From positions 2,496,001 through 2,560,000 of the forward strand of contig CBDCDC010000002.1 in the NCBI GenBank assembly GCA_965215195.1: a DNA stretch of 64,000 nt, written 5' to 3'. Below are positions 36,840 through 45,979 of the stretch, one piece after another. Position numbers and translations under genes: made by a program. The notes beneath the pieces are model-generated. The model was not told the origin of the DNA, ran no database searches, and worked only from the letters and a program-made list of their open reading frames with translations. This stretch comes from Candidatus Latescibacterota bacterium. GTDB lineage: Bacteria > Latescibacterota > UBA2968 > UBA8231. Position 1 is the first letter of the stretch; the number at the start of each line of letters is the position of its first letter.

Positions 36840-38558
36840 CTGGCGCCAACAATTAATTTACTGCTCCTAGCCGCCCTCCTCGGCACTGCCATCTGCAATG
36901 CCCAACCCCGCTTCTCCGATGCAACTCGGGAGGCCGGGCTGGCCTTCCGCAATTGGTACGGCAATAACAACGCCCTCACGATCCTAGAAACGACCGGGTC
37001 CGGTGCCGCCTTTTTCGACTACGATGACGACGGCCAGCTCGACCTGTACATCGTCAACGGCGGCTTGGGCTTTACCGGTGTGCGCTATGCCGATCTGCCG
37101 CGCGACGTGCGGCCTCCGGCCAACGGCGAAGTTCCGCACAACGCCCTGTTTCGCAATCGGGGCGACGGCACCTTCTTCAATGTCGGCGAACAGTCCGCTG
37201 TCAATGCTAGCGGCTGGGGCACCGGCTGTGTGGCTGGGGACTACGACAACGATGGCGACGCCGACCTGTACGTCACCTACTACGGCCCCAACCTCCTCTT
37301 TGCCAACCAAGGCGACGGCACCTTTGCCGAGACCGGAGCACAGGCCGAGGCCGACGACGATGGCTACGGCACGGCCTGTGCCTTCGGGGACTACGACAAC
37401 GACGGCGACCTAGACCTTTTTGCCGGCAATTACGTGGTCTTCGATCCACAGACCACCCTGCTGCCCGGCGAGCAGCGCGACGGCTTCTTCGGCGGCCAGC
37501 GCGGAGTGGCCAGCGTAGCCTCGCCCGAAGCGTTTGCCGGCCAGCCCGATGTGCTGTATCGCAACGACGGCCACGGCGCGTTCGCCGATGTCAGCGCTGG
37601 TGCCGGCCTCAACGCCGTCCCGGGCAAGGCACTGGGGGCCACCTTCTTGGACTGGAACGACGACGGCGATCTGGACCTCTACGTGGCCAACGACGCCACT
37701 CCCAACTTCCTCTACACCAACCAAGGCGACGGCACTTTTGCCGAAGAGGCCCTAACCTTGGGCGTAGCCTACGATGCCGATGGCCGACCCGAGGGCAGCA
37801 TGGGGCTGGCCGCCGGCGACTGGGACAACGACGGCGATTTGGACCTAGCGGTGAGCAATTACGAAGGGCAGACCGCCACCCTTCACCGCAACGACGGCCG
37901 CGCCTTCGCCAATATCTCCTTTGCCGCTGGCGTCGCCCGCACCACCTTCATGCCGCTGCAGTGGGGCACAGCTCTCTTCGACTGGGACCGCGATGGCGAT
38001 CTGGATATCTTCATTGCCAACGGCCACGTCACGGCTGCCCTAGAGGATTATTTTCCCCAGTCGAGCTACGCCCAAAAGAACAACCTCTTTCGCAACGATG
38101 GTGTCGCCTTCGTCGATTTGAGTGCGCGAGCCGGCCCGGGTCTGCAGATCGTCAAGTCGAGCCGGGGCACGGCGGTCGGCGATTACGATGGCGACGGCGA
38201 TGAAGATCTTTTCGTGGTCGCCAAAAACGACCTGCCCACCTTACTGCGCAACGACACCGCCAGCGGCAATCACTGGCTAACCATCCGCACCTTGGGCATC
38301 AACAGCAACCGCGACGGCATCGGCACCAGAGTGCGCCTAGTCGCCGGCGGCCAGCAACAGCTCAGAGAAGTGGCCGCCGGCTCTAGCTACCTATCGCACA
38401 ACAGCCTGTGGCTCACTTTCGGACTAGGGCCGAGCGTCGCAGTGGATACCCTCGAAATCCGCTGGCCCAGCGGTTTAATCGACCAATACACCCAAGTGGC
38501 GGGAGATCGCTTTGTGGTAGTAGAAGAAGGCCGGGGCATGGCCGCTGCAAAGCACTGA
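36840..38558 (+). CDS. CRTAC1-family protein (FG-GAP repeats plus ASPIC/UnbV), probable CTG start
   Basis: Repeated GDYDNDGD.DL; C-terminal NRDGIG..SSYLS..FGLG..IRWPSG. The frame extends upstream of TTG 37065 through a signal peptide to CTG 36840. Confidence 0.85.
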   Translation: MAPTINLLLLAALLGTAICNAQPRFSDATREAGLAFRNWYGNNNALTILETTGSGAAFFDYDDDGQLDLYIVNGGLGFTGVRYADLPRDVRPPANGEVPHNALFRNRGDGTFFNVGEQSAVNASGWGTGCVAGDYDNDGDADLYVTYYGPNLLFANQGDGTFAETGAQAEADDDGYGTACAFGDYDNDGDLDLFAGNYVVFDPQTTLLPGEQRDGFFGGQRGVASVASPEAFAGQPDVLYRNDGHGAFADVSAGAGLNAVPGKALGATFLDWNDDGDLDLYVANDATPNFLYTNQGDGTFAEEALTLGVAYDADGRPEGSMGLAAGDWDNDGDLDLAVSNYEGQTATLHRNDGRAFANISFAAGVARTTFMPLQWGTALFDWDRDGDLDIFIANGHVTAALEDYFPQSSYAQKNNLFRNDGVAFVDLSARAGPGLQIVKSSRGTAVGDYDGDGDEDLFVVAKNDLPTLLRNDTASGNHWLTIRTLGINSNRDGIGTRVRLVAGGQQQLREVAAGSSYLSHNSLWLTFGLGPSVAVDTLEIRWPSGLIDQYTQVAGDRFVVVEEGRGMAAAKH

Positions 38559-38560
38559 AC

Positions 38561-39712
38561 CTAGGGTTTTTCCCCCATAGCGCGGAGGATTTGTTGCGCC
38601 ATGCGCCGCAAGTGATCATCGTCGCCGGTGGCGATAATGGCGCGGTACTGCTGGACGGCGGCCGCCTCATTGCCCTGCTCCTGCAGGATGGTGGCCAACC
38701 CAAATCGCGGGCCGGCAAAGTCGGGCTTGAGGCGGATGGCCTGCTGGTAGGCCTGGACCGCAGCAACCCTATCGCCGCGGGCGTAGAGCGCGGCCCCTAG
38801 GTGGTTGTAGGCGCGGACATGGCCCGGGCGCAGGCGCAGAGCAGCACCGAACGCTTGCACGGCCTCGTGGATCCGCCCCTGCTTTTTGCAGGCCAGACCC
38901 AAGTTGAAGTGGGCTTGGGCGTAGTCGGGGTTTAGTTCGAGGGCGCGTTGCAAGAGTGCCACCGCGCCAATGACATCACCGCGACTGTAGAGGATGTGGC
39001 CTAAATTGTTGTGGGCGCGGCTGTGCTTGGGGTCTAGGGAGATGATCTGGCGGTACTGGGCGCTGGCCTCTGCTGCATGGCCCCGCTCATAGAGCAGCAG
39101 GGCCAAACTGTAGCGGGCTGGAACGTAGGTAGAATCGGCCTGAATGGCGCGCCGAAAGGATTGGACCGCTTTCTCCGAATCGCCTTTTTTTTTAAGGGCC
39201 AAGCCCAAGTTGTAGTGCGCCTGTACATGGTCGCGCTCTAGCGCGACTGCCCGGCTGCACGCGGCAATGGCCCCTTCCACATCGCCTAGTCCGTAGAGGA
39301 TGGCCCCTAGGTCGCTGTGGGCTTGGGCCAATGCAGGGTCCAGCGCAATGGCGCGGCCATAGGACCGCACCGCGCCCTCGACATCCCGGCGGCTGTACAG
39401 CACATTGCCTAGATAGCTGTGCGCCAGCGCGTGCTCGGGATCGAGGCGCAGGACCGTGCGGAATGCTGTTAGAGCACCGTCGGCATCGCCGAGCTGAAAG
39501 AGGGCGACGCCCAGCTCGAGGTGGGCGGCGAGGCGCTGGGGATCGAGCGCAATGGCGCGGCCATAGGACCGCACCGCGCCCTCCAAGTCGCCTTTCTCCA
39601 AGAGCACCTTGGCGCTGTGATGAGCAATAGCCGCCGCCGCGGAAGCGTCCCTAGCCTGAGCGTACGCACTGGCGACGGCAGCAAGCAGAATAAAAAGAAC
39701 CAAGCGAGCCAT
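38561..39712 (-). CDS. exported TPR protein
   Basis: Signal peptide ending AYA; about 10 canonical 34-aa TPRs. Confidence 0.9.
   Translation of the reverse strand: MARLVLFILLAAVASAYAQARDASAAAAIAHHSAKVLLEKGDLEGAVRSYGRAIALDPQRLAAHLELGVALFQLGDADGALTAFRTVLRLDPEHALAHSYLGNVLYSRRDVEGAVRSYGRAIALDPALAQAHSDLGAILYGLGDVEGAIAACSRAVALERDHVQAHYNLGLALKKKGDSEKAVQSFRRAIQADSTYVPARYSLALLLYERGHAAEASAQYRQIISLDPKHSRAHNNLGHILYSRGDVIGAVALLQRALELNPDYAQAHFNLGLACKKQGRIHEAVQAFGAALRLRPGHVRAYNHLGAALYARGDRVAAVQAYQQAIRLKPDFAGPRFGLATILQEQGNEAAAVQQYRAIIATGDDDHLRRMAQQILRAMGEKP
39342..39583. repeat. 38-bp exact intragenic direct repeat (39342-39379 and 39546-39583)
   Basis: agcgcaatggcgcggccataggaccgcaccgcgccctc twice, 204 bp apart (two TPR units). 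Confidence 0.85.
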
Positions 39713-39782
39713 ATTCTATGCGATTCGGGAAGCAGCAATACATAGGCTCTTTCTTCCCATAACACAGGTTTTATACCAATCC

Positions 39783-41723
39783 ATGAGCGGTTCGCCGCAG
39801 ATCACCGCGCGCGCTATTGTCCTCGGTGCCCTGACCATAGCCGCCAACTTCTACTACATTGTCAACGTGGGCCAGCGCCTAGGGATAGGCAGCTACGTCC
39901 ACTCGCAATTCCCCATGGCCACTTTCATGCCCTTTGTGCTGTGGCTCTTCCTCAATACCGCGCTCAGGGCACTCTGGCCGCGCCTAGCGCTCAGCCGCGG
40001 CGAATTGCTGACCCTGTTCTCCATGCTCTGGGTGGTGGGTACCATTCCGCAGCTAGGCTGGATGACCTACTGGGCCTCGATCATGGGGGCACCAAGTTAC
40101 TTTGCCACGGCCGAGAACCAGTGGGAAGAGACCTTCTTCGACTACCTTCCCTGGCACGTCTTTGCCAATACCGCTCCCCGGGTAATCGATCCATTTTGGT
40201 TTGGCCTGCCCGAAGGAGGCTCCATTCCCTATGACGGGTGGATTGGTGCCATCGGCCAATGGCTCGGCGTTTCCATGGGCATGGTGGTCTTCGGCTTCTG
40301 CCTAATCGCCCTTTTCCACAAACAGTGGGTCGAGGCCGAGAAGCTGACCTTTCCACTGGCGCAAATGCCCCTAGACCTGACCCGCGGCTTTGAAGACAAG
40401 CAGCGGCCCGAGCTATTCCGCAAGCCCGCCTTCTGGATTGGCTGCGCCCTAGTTTTCCTGCCCATACTCTACAATATCGCCACGTACTTCGCCCTAGGCC
40501 TGCCACCCATCGAATTCTACTGGAAATTCTACGATATTCACTTGACGCCGGACTTTTTTCTGACCGTGCGCATCCTGCCCCTGATCATGGCCGTGACCTA
40601 TCTGTGTCCAGTGGATATCCTCGGCAGCCTGATCTTTTTCCACTTACTCGCTGCGCTCAAGATAGCCATAATGAAGCGAACCGGCTTTTCCATTGGCGGC
40701 TTTGCCGTGGGCGCGGCCGGCCAGCAGCCCGAGGCGCAAAACATCCTCTACATGGAGAGCTACGGCGCCCTAGTCTTCATCGGCCTGTGGTCCATCTGGG
40801 TGGCCCGCCGCCACTTGCGTCAGGTGTGGCATCAGGTGCGCAGCGGCGAGGGCGAGCCGCGCCAAGTCGCGCTCTACCGGCTGGCCCTCGCTGGCCTGAT
40901 TCTGTCGGCGCTCAGCGTCATCGGCTGGGGGGTGCAACTGGGCATGAGCTTGCCGGTGGCTATGGGCGCTTTCCTGCTGATGACGCTGACCTACTTCGTC
41001 ATAGCCAAACTCGTCGCCGCCACCGGCTTTGCCTATCTCTTGCCCAATAAGCCCCATATCAAGGGCGATTCCTTCCTCATCGAGCTAGTCGGTTCGGCCT
41101 TCCAATCGCCGCGCAGCCTAGTGGCGTTTAAGGTATTCACCAGCAATGCCTTCTTCGGCACCTTCCGCATCCCGGCTTGGCCGGCTCTGCCCCACTGCTT
41201 CCGCCTGTTCTCCCTAGAGCGGCAGCCCGGGCGGCTGACGGCCATGGTCCTGATCGCCTTTCCCATCGGATTTGTCGCATTGGCCATTGAGACGATCAGC
41301 CTCGCCTATGAAGAGGGCGGCCTGCTTTTCCTCGGCGACAAGGCCAACTGGGTCTTCCAAGATATGGTTTATCTGCTCAACAACCCCATGCTGCCCGACC
41401 CGGGCAAGTGGGCGGTGTGGCTCTTAGGCTTTGGCGAAGCCGCGCTCATCGCCCTGCTGCGCGGCTATTTCCACTGGTTCCCCCTCCATCCCATCGGCCT
41501 AGCCTTTCAGCACACCTTCGGTCTCCGCCTCTACTGGTTCAGTCTGTTCATCGTGTGGATTGTCAAAGTAACTCTGCTGCGCTACGGCGGGACCAGGGCC
41601 TACCGCGCTGGCAAACCCCTGTTCTACGGCTTGGCCATCGGTTACGTGGTCGGGGTAGTTTTTTCCATGGTCGTAGATTTGATCTGGTTCCCGGCCGAGG
41701 GACACCGCATGCACGGGTGGTAA
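39783..41723 (+). CDS. DUF6785/DUF6784 polytopic membrane protein (putative transporter)
   Basis: LSRGELL, QWVEAEKLTFPLAQMP, WFPLHPIG, LRYGG..Y..KPLFYGL. Confidence 0.75.
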   Translation: MSGSPQITARAIVLGALTIAANFYYIVNVGQRLGIGSYVHSQFPMATFMPFVLWLFLNTALRALWPRLALSRGELLTLFSMLWVVGTIPQLGWMTYWASIMGAPSYFATAENQWEETFFDYLPWHVFANTAPRVIDPFWFGLPEGGSIPYDGWIGAIGQWLGVSMGMVVFGFCLIALFHKQWVEAEKLTFPLAQMPLDLTRGFEDKQRPELFRKPAFWIGCALVFLPILYNIATYFALGLPPIEFYWKFYDIHLTPDFFLTVRILPLIMAVTYLCPVDILGSLIFFHLLAALKIAIMKRTGFSIGGFAVGAAGQQPEAQNILYMESYGALVFIGLWSIWVARRHLRQVWHQVRSGEGEPRQVALYRLALAGLILSALSVIGWGVQLGMSLPVAMGAFLLMTLTYFVIAKLVAATGFAYLLPNKPHIKGDSFLIELVGSAFQSPRSLVAFKVFTSNAFFGTFRIPAWPALPHCFRLFSLERQPGRLTAMVLIAFPIGFVALAIETISLAYEEGGLLFLGDKANWVFQDMVYLLNNPMLPDPGKWAVWLLGFGEAALIALLRGYFHWFPLHPIGLAFQHTFGLRLYWFSLFIVWIVKVTLLRYGGTRAYRAGKPLFYGLAIGYVVGVVFSMVVDLIWFPAEGHRMHGW

Positions 41724-41809
41724 TAGCTAACCACCGCAAACCGACGAATTTTTCGCCACCATCGCCCAATCGGCCGGCGTGATGGGCTAACATTCATTGA
41801 GGAGAGAAT

Positions 41810-42388
41810 GTGATAAAAAACAACTTCGACAAAGGGCCAGAAGGCTGGTGTTCGTACGACTACCACGCCAGCATGGTGGCCGACGGTAGCAATATCTTCA
41901 TCCTAGCCACGTGGGCCGCGCAGGGCGGTGAGGACAATGGGAGCTTTATCTGGACCGATCACCGGCGCTGGAGCGCCGATACCCCGGAGCACCCCCTGTC
42001 CATCCTGCCGCTGCTGTGCTACCGCAGTTGGGTCGGCGCTGACCCGCTCGATATGCGCCAGTCCGCAGTTGCGGTCCACCTGAGGGCCGATCGGCTGCGT
42101 TTGGACGGTGCCCAGTGTTTCTTCTGGGTACACGCCGCTAGCACGCGCTGGCACTACACAGCCCACCCTCTCGCTCTAGAAGAGGGCGTTTGGACGGCCA
42201 ATCGCCTTGCACTTGCAGCAGACGAAAACCAATGGCACCGCAGTTGGTCCGCCGACCCGGGCCATCCCGTCGCCCTCGAACAGGTGTTGAGCCGGGCCGA
42301 GAGTTACGGTTTCTCCTTCGTCGGATTTTCCAGCGAAGTTACCGGCAGGTTGTCAATGAGCCAATTTTCTATCACCGCTGGGACGTAG
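41810..42388 (+). CDS. hypothetical protein (Trp-rich beta-sandwich-like)
   Basis: GAGGAG RBS; fills the gap; no family recognised. Confidence 0.7.
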   Translation: MIKNNFDKGPEGWCSYDYHASMVADGSNIFILATWAAQGGEDNGSFIWTDHRRWSADTPEHPLSILPLLCYRSWVGADPLDMRQSAVAVHLRADRLRLDGAQCFFWVHAASTRWHYTAHPLALEEGVWTANRLALAADENQWHRSWSADPGHPVALEQVLSRAESYGFSFVGFSSEVTGRLSMSQFSITAGT

Positions 42389-42480
42389 ATAGTGCGGCCG
42401 TTCCCACTCGAAACCGTCCCTGCTCTCTGTAGCCGTTGAAACGCGCCCCTCCTTCTTCCTCTCCCGAAGTCCAAAACCAC

Positions 42481-43533
42481 CTAGCCAGCTACTTCTCTGA
42501 AAACGCGAATAAAATTGCCGCCCATAATCCCGGCGATCGCCTCGGCCTGGTGCCCGCGCTGCTGCAAGCCCTCGACGATATTTTGGCTCTTGCCAATATC
42601 TTCTAACCCGACCGGCCGGGCGTTGAGCTGGTCGAGCAGGTCCGTACCAAAGCCAACGTGGGCAGATCCAACCAGCGCAACTATGTAATCAATGTGATCC
42701 AGCAATATCTCCAGACTGGCTTTTTCATCCCCGGGTCCCAGCGGCATCGGACTAGGGCATATCAGGCCCCCGGTAGCGGCCACCGCCCGGAGCTGGTCGT
42801 CGCTCAAGTAGCGCACGGTGTCCCGCAGCGCCCGCGCATTGCCGTGCGTGGCAACGACCGGCGCACGGGCGACTTCCAGCGCGTCCCAAAAACCGGTCTC
42901 AATTAGATGCGTGATATCGACGAGCATGCCCAGCCGGTTCATCTCGCCAATGATCTGCCGGCCAGCCTCGGTCAGCCGGCCCGGCGGATCGACCTTGCTG
43001 TCGTAAAGCCGCATGGTCGGCCCGTTCCACACCTGCGTCGCCGTGCCCAAGTCGTTGCGTCCTTCGTGTACCAAGCCGAGGTGCCGCAACCCCAAGCGAT
43101 AGAGCGTACGCAATACGCTCAAGTCGCCCTTGAGCGCATCGCCGCCCTCCAAGCCTAAAACAAAGGCGACTTTCCCACTCTTGTGTGCCTCTTCGATGTG
43201 ATCGGCAGTAGTGGCCAACACTGCGTATTCCCCGGCTTCGCCTTCGAGTTGGCGATGTAGATAGTCGATGATTCGCAAAACCTCCTGCAGGGGATGCCGA
43301 CTGCCGTGAGGACCGCCGATCCTCGCATCTGGCACCCAACAAGCGGTTAGCTGAGCCGCGACCCCACCGGCGCACATCAGGGGAACATCGGTCAGGCCGC
43401 CCAAACCTTGGTGCAGCTTGCGCCCCGACTTGAAGGCCAGATCCAAGGTATGGCCGTGGGCGTCAATGATCGGCACTGTTAGGGAATTGTCCATGCTCGT
43501 CGCCGCGTGGATATCCACTCTATTGTCTTTCAC
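42481..43533 (-). CDS. membrane dipeptidase (M19) family
   Basis: IIDAH, LEGG, EMNRLGMLVDITH, THGNARAL, HVGFGTD. Confidence 0.88.
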   Translation of the reverse strand: MKDNRVDIHAATSMDNSLTVPIIDAHGHTLDLAFKSGRKLHQGLGGLTDVPLMCAGGVAAQLTACWVPDARIGGPHGSRHPLQEVLRIIDYLHRQLEGEAGEYAVLATTADHIEEAHKSGKVAFVLGLEGGDALKGDLSVLRTLYRLGLRHLGLVHEGRNDLGTATQVWNGPTMRLYDSKVDPPGRLTEAGRQIIGEMNRLGMLVDITHLIETGFWDALEVARAPVVATHGNARALRDTVRYLSDDQLRAVAATGGLICPSPMPLGPGDEKASLEILLDHIDYIVALVGSAHVGFGTDLLDQLNARPVGLEDIGKSQNIVEGLQQRGHQAEAIAGIMGGNFIRVFREVAG

Positions 43534-44483
43534 GGGGCCTCCGCGGCCCTCCGGCGCGTTGCCTGTCGGCGTGCTTCGCCCGCGGCCGTGAGTTTGCCCT
43601 CTTCATCGTAGTAGCCGTCCTGCTGTCCGGCGACTAGAGGCCCGTACAGATCGGGCCGGCGTGCTACAAAGCGCCTTTTGTCCCGTTGCGGCAAGTGGAC
43701 GTACTGTACGCTGACGCATTCGGTTTCGTACTTCTCCAAGTGCAATTCCCCGCTGGGGCTGATGATTACTGCGCTCCAAGTGTTGGCAATGACAATCCAG
43801 CAGTGATTGTCCCGGGCCCGCCAGCGCATTTTCTCGGTGTTCTCCGGCCCGCCGCTACCGTCCATGGGAATGAAAATGACCTGTGCCCCCTGGACCCCCA
43901 GCACCGCGCAATTGTCCACGGTGCGGTCGCTACACAGCAGAAAGCCCAACCGGCCTAGGGGCGTGTCGAACGGTTGCAGCGCACGCCCTGGCGTGATGGC
44001 GTACTCTCCCGCGGTGGTAATTTTGCGGTAATGGGCGATCACCTCGCCTTGCGGATCGAGCATGACACAGGCGTTGAACAGGGTCTGGTCTTCCCGTTCC
44101 AGAAAGCCGAATATCAGGTAAATTCCCAATTCTTTGCACAACGCGCCCGCTCGCTGGATATAGGAGCCATCCGGCGCGGTCTGGGCGATTTTTAGCATAT
44201 CCGCCAATTGGGATGTGGGGTCTTCGTTAAACACATAACCATCTAGCACGGACTCGGGCGCGACAATCACTTGGGCGCGACGCCCGGCCGCTTCCCGGAC
44301 ATAGACCTCCAGCCGGCAGAAGTTATCCTCCAATTCCCAAGGGGCCGATTTCAAGGTGACAATTCCAACCAGCATGCTCTGTCTCCTATCAGAGGGTAAC
44401 GGCAAGCGGTCTTGGTCCAACTCCACCAGTTCTGGCGTCGGGTAGACGAGAGCAGGTATGGTTTTGGCCTGTAACTCGTCCAT
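43530..44483 (-). CDS. carbon-nitrogen hydrolase family
   Basis: Catalytic E-K-C triad (APES, YRKI, LLCSD); ARDN; RRPDLY. Confidence 0.88.
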   Translation of the reverse strand: MDELQAKTIPALVYPTPELVELDQDRLPLPSDRRQSMLVGIVTLKSAPWELEDNFCRLEVYVREAAGRRAQVIVAPESVLDGYVFNEDPTSQLADMLKIAQTAPDGSYIQRAGALCKELGIYLIFGFLEREDQTLFNACVMLDPQGEVIAHYRKITTAGEYAITPGRALQPFDTPLGRLGFLLCSDRTVDNCAVLGVQGAQVIFIPMDGSGGPENTEKMRWRARDNHCWIVIANTWSAVIISPSGELHLEKYETECVSVQYVHLPQRDKRRFVARRPDLYGPLVAGQQDGYYDEEGKLTAAGEARRQATRRRAAEAP

Positions 44484-44497
44484 TGGTCTTTTCTCCT

Positions 44498-45979
44498 TTA
44501 GTACCTATCTCCGGTTCGATAGGCGTACAGGCTCGTGGCGTTGTCGGCGCGAAAGTGCAAGCGGATACTCCGGCCGACAAAAGGCGTCAGGTCGCGCCGC
44601 TCCTTTCCCCACGTAACCTCGCAATCCGTCTCGTCTCCCTGTTCCAACCCATTGCACGAGTCAAAGTCAAAGCCCTCCGGCACGGAGGCCTCCGCGATGA
44701 CGCGCACTTGCAGGCATCCGAATAAACAAGTGGCATTGACCCCGAGCCTAGGACCGCTGACGGCAATGGGTTCGGTCATCAATTCGCCGCCCCGGATGCC
44801 GCAGCGCAGCGCCACAAAGCGATCCTTGCGCAGCGTCACTAGGCCAATCGCACTGGTGGAATTGCCCTCGGTGCCGTGGGCTTGGGGACGGCCCGAATAC
44901 CACATGTACAGTGTGTCCCCCACAAGAGCGGGGGGATTGGACGACAGGGAGGACCAAGCCCCGTCCCAAGTGCCCGGCGAGCCGACCGGCAAAAATTCCT
45001 CGCGCCGGCCCACCCGCTGCCAGTGGTCCAGATGCCGCGCCGTAGCCAGTTGCACCGGGCCCAGCTCGGTGGCCGAGTGCAGCATGCCGATAAAACCAAT
45101 GTACTGGCTGCCATAGACAAAGGGCGTCATCGCGTATAGCTGATCGCTGGGATCGTCGAAATCGTCCGGTTTGAGAATGGTCCTCAGGGGCGTCCAGTGG
45201 ATGAAATCCTCGCTGCTGGACAGGGCAATGACGCGGCGGTACTGCTTCCACTCGAGCACGAAGTGGTCCATCAGCGTTTCAAAGCGGCGCGAAACCGCTA
45301 GGTAGCGCTGCTGCATGGGATCGTACACCAGTGCGCCGGCATCGCCGGAGCGGGGTACGCAATTGCGGTCGTCCAGCCGCCAGTGAATGCCGTCTGGCGA
45401 GAAGGCCGCGTACATGCCGTGGCGGTCGCGGATTTTATCGAAGAGCACTTGGCGCAGGGCATTGCGCACTTGGCGCTCCATAGCGGGCGTTTCCTGCGGA
45501 GCGTCCGCGGTGGGGCGCTGTTGGTACATACCCATCTTATACCGTTTGGACGGATCTTGCTCCTGCGGGTCTTTGACCACGCCCCACGGATCTAGGCCGT
45601 AGTGAACACCCGGCGGCGGATAGACGATATTGTTGGCGCGGGAGCCCTCGCAGGCCACGAGCCCCAGTTCCGGCTTTTCCCACGCGATGCCTTCTTTTGA
45701 GGTGGCGTAACACATAAAGTGCCCTTGGCCAGTGCGCTCGTACAGGTCGTTGTTGATCGCATAATACCACATCTTGAAGCGGTTTTCGTCGTCGTCGTAG
45801 AGCACCGAGCCCCACAGCTGCACGGCTTTCCCCTCCCAAGGCCGATCGGGTTTTAATACCGGCTCGGTCTGTACGCGCTCGGGCCGCTGCACCTTGCGCA
45901 CAAAGCCGGGGTGATCTTGTACTTCCACGTCATCGAGAAATAGGTGCAAATTAGGGTCGTAAAAATTATTGCCGTTCAC
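44498..45979 (-). CDS. five-bladed beta-propeller glycosidase-like protein, related to 33046..34596
   Basis: PVLKPDRPWEG, CYATSKEGIAWEKP, RYKM, SPDGIHW, SEDFIHW; GTG 45979. Confidence 0.7.
   Translation of the reverse strand: MNGNNFYDPNLHLFLDDVEVQDHPGFVRKVQRPERVQTEPVLKPDRPWEGKAVQLWGSVLYDDDENRFKMWYYAINNDLYERTGQGHFMCYATSKEGIAWEKPELGLVACEGSRANNIVYPPPGVHYGLDPWGVVKDPQEQDPSKRYKMGMYQQRPTADAPQETPAMERQVRNALRQVLFDKIRDRHGMYAAFSPDGIHWRLDDRNCVPRSGDAGALVYDPMQQRYLAVSRRFETLMDHFVLEWKQYRRVIALSSSEDFIHWTPLRTILKPDDFDDPSDQLYAMTPFVYGSQYIGFIGMLHSATELGPVQLATARHLDHWQRVGRREEFLPVGSPGTWDGAWSSLSSNPPALVGDTLYMWYSGRPQAHGTEGNSTSAIGLVTLRKDRFVALRCGIRGGELMTEPIAVSGPRLGVNATCLFGCLQVRVIAEASVPEGFDFDSCNGLEQGDETDCEVTWGKERRDLTPFVGRSIRLHFRADNATSLYAYRTGDRY

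Noticed and set aside
37003-38210. Recurring gactacgacaacgacggcga-like DNA as a CRISPR or tandem array
   Set aside because: These are coding FG-GAP repeats with irregular spacing and synonymous variation; no CRISPR array or cas gene was seen in the window.
14407-38558. Calling the locus a bona fide T9SS, Tol-Pal, SusCD or Glt system
   Set aside because: No recognisable GldKLMN/SprA/PorV, TolQRAB, TonB-dependent receptor plug or AglRQS genes; only domain-level analogies.
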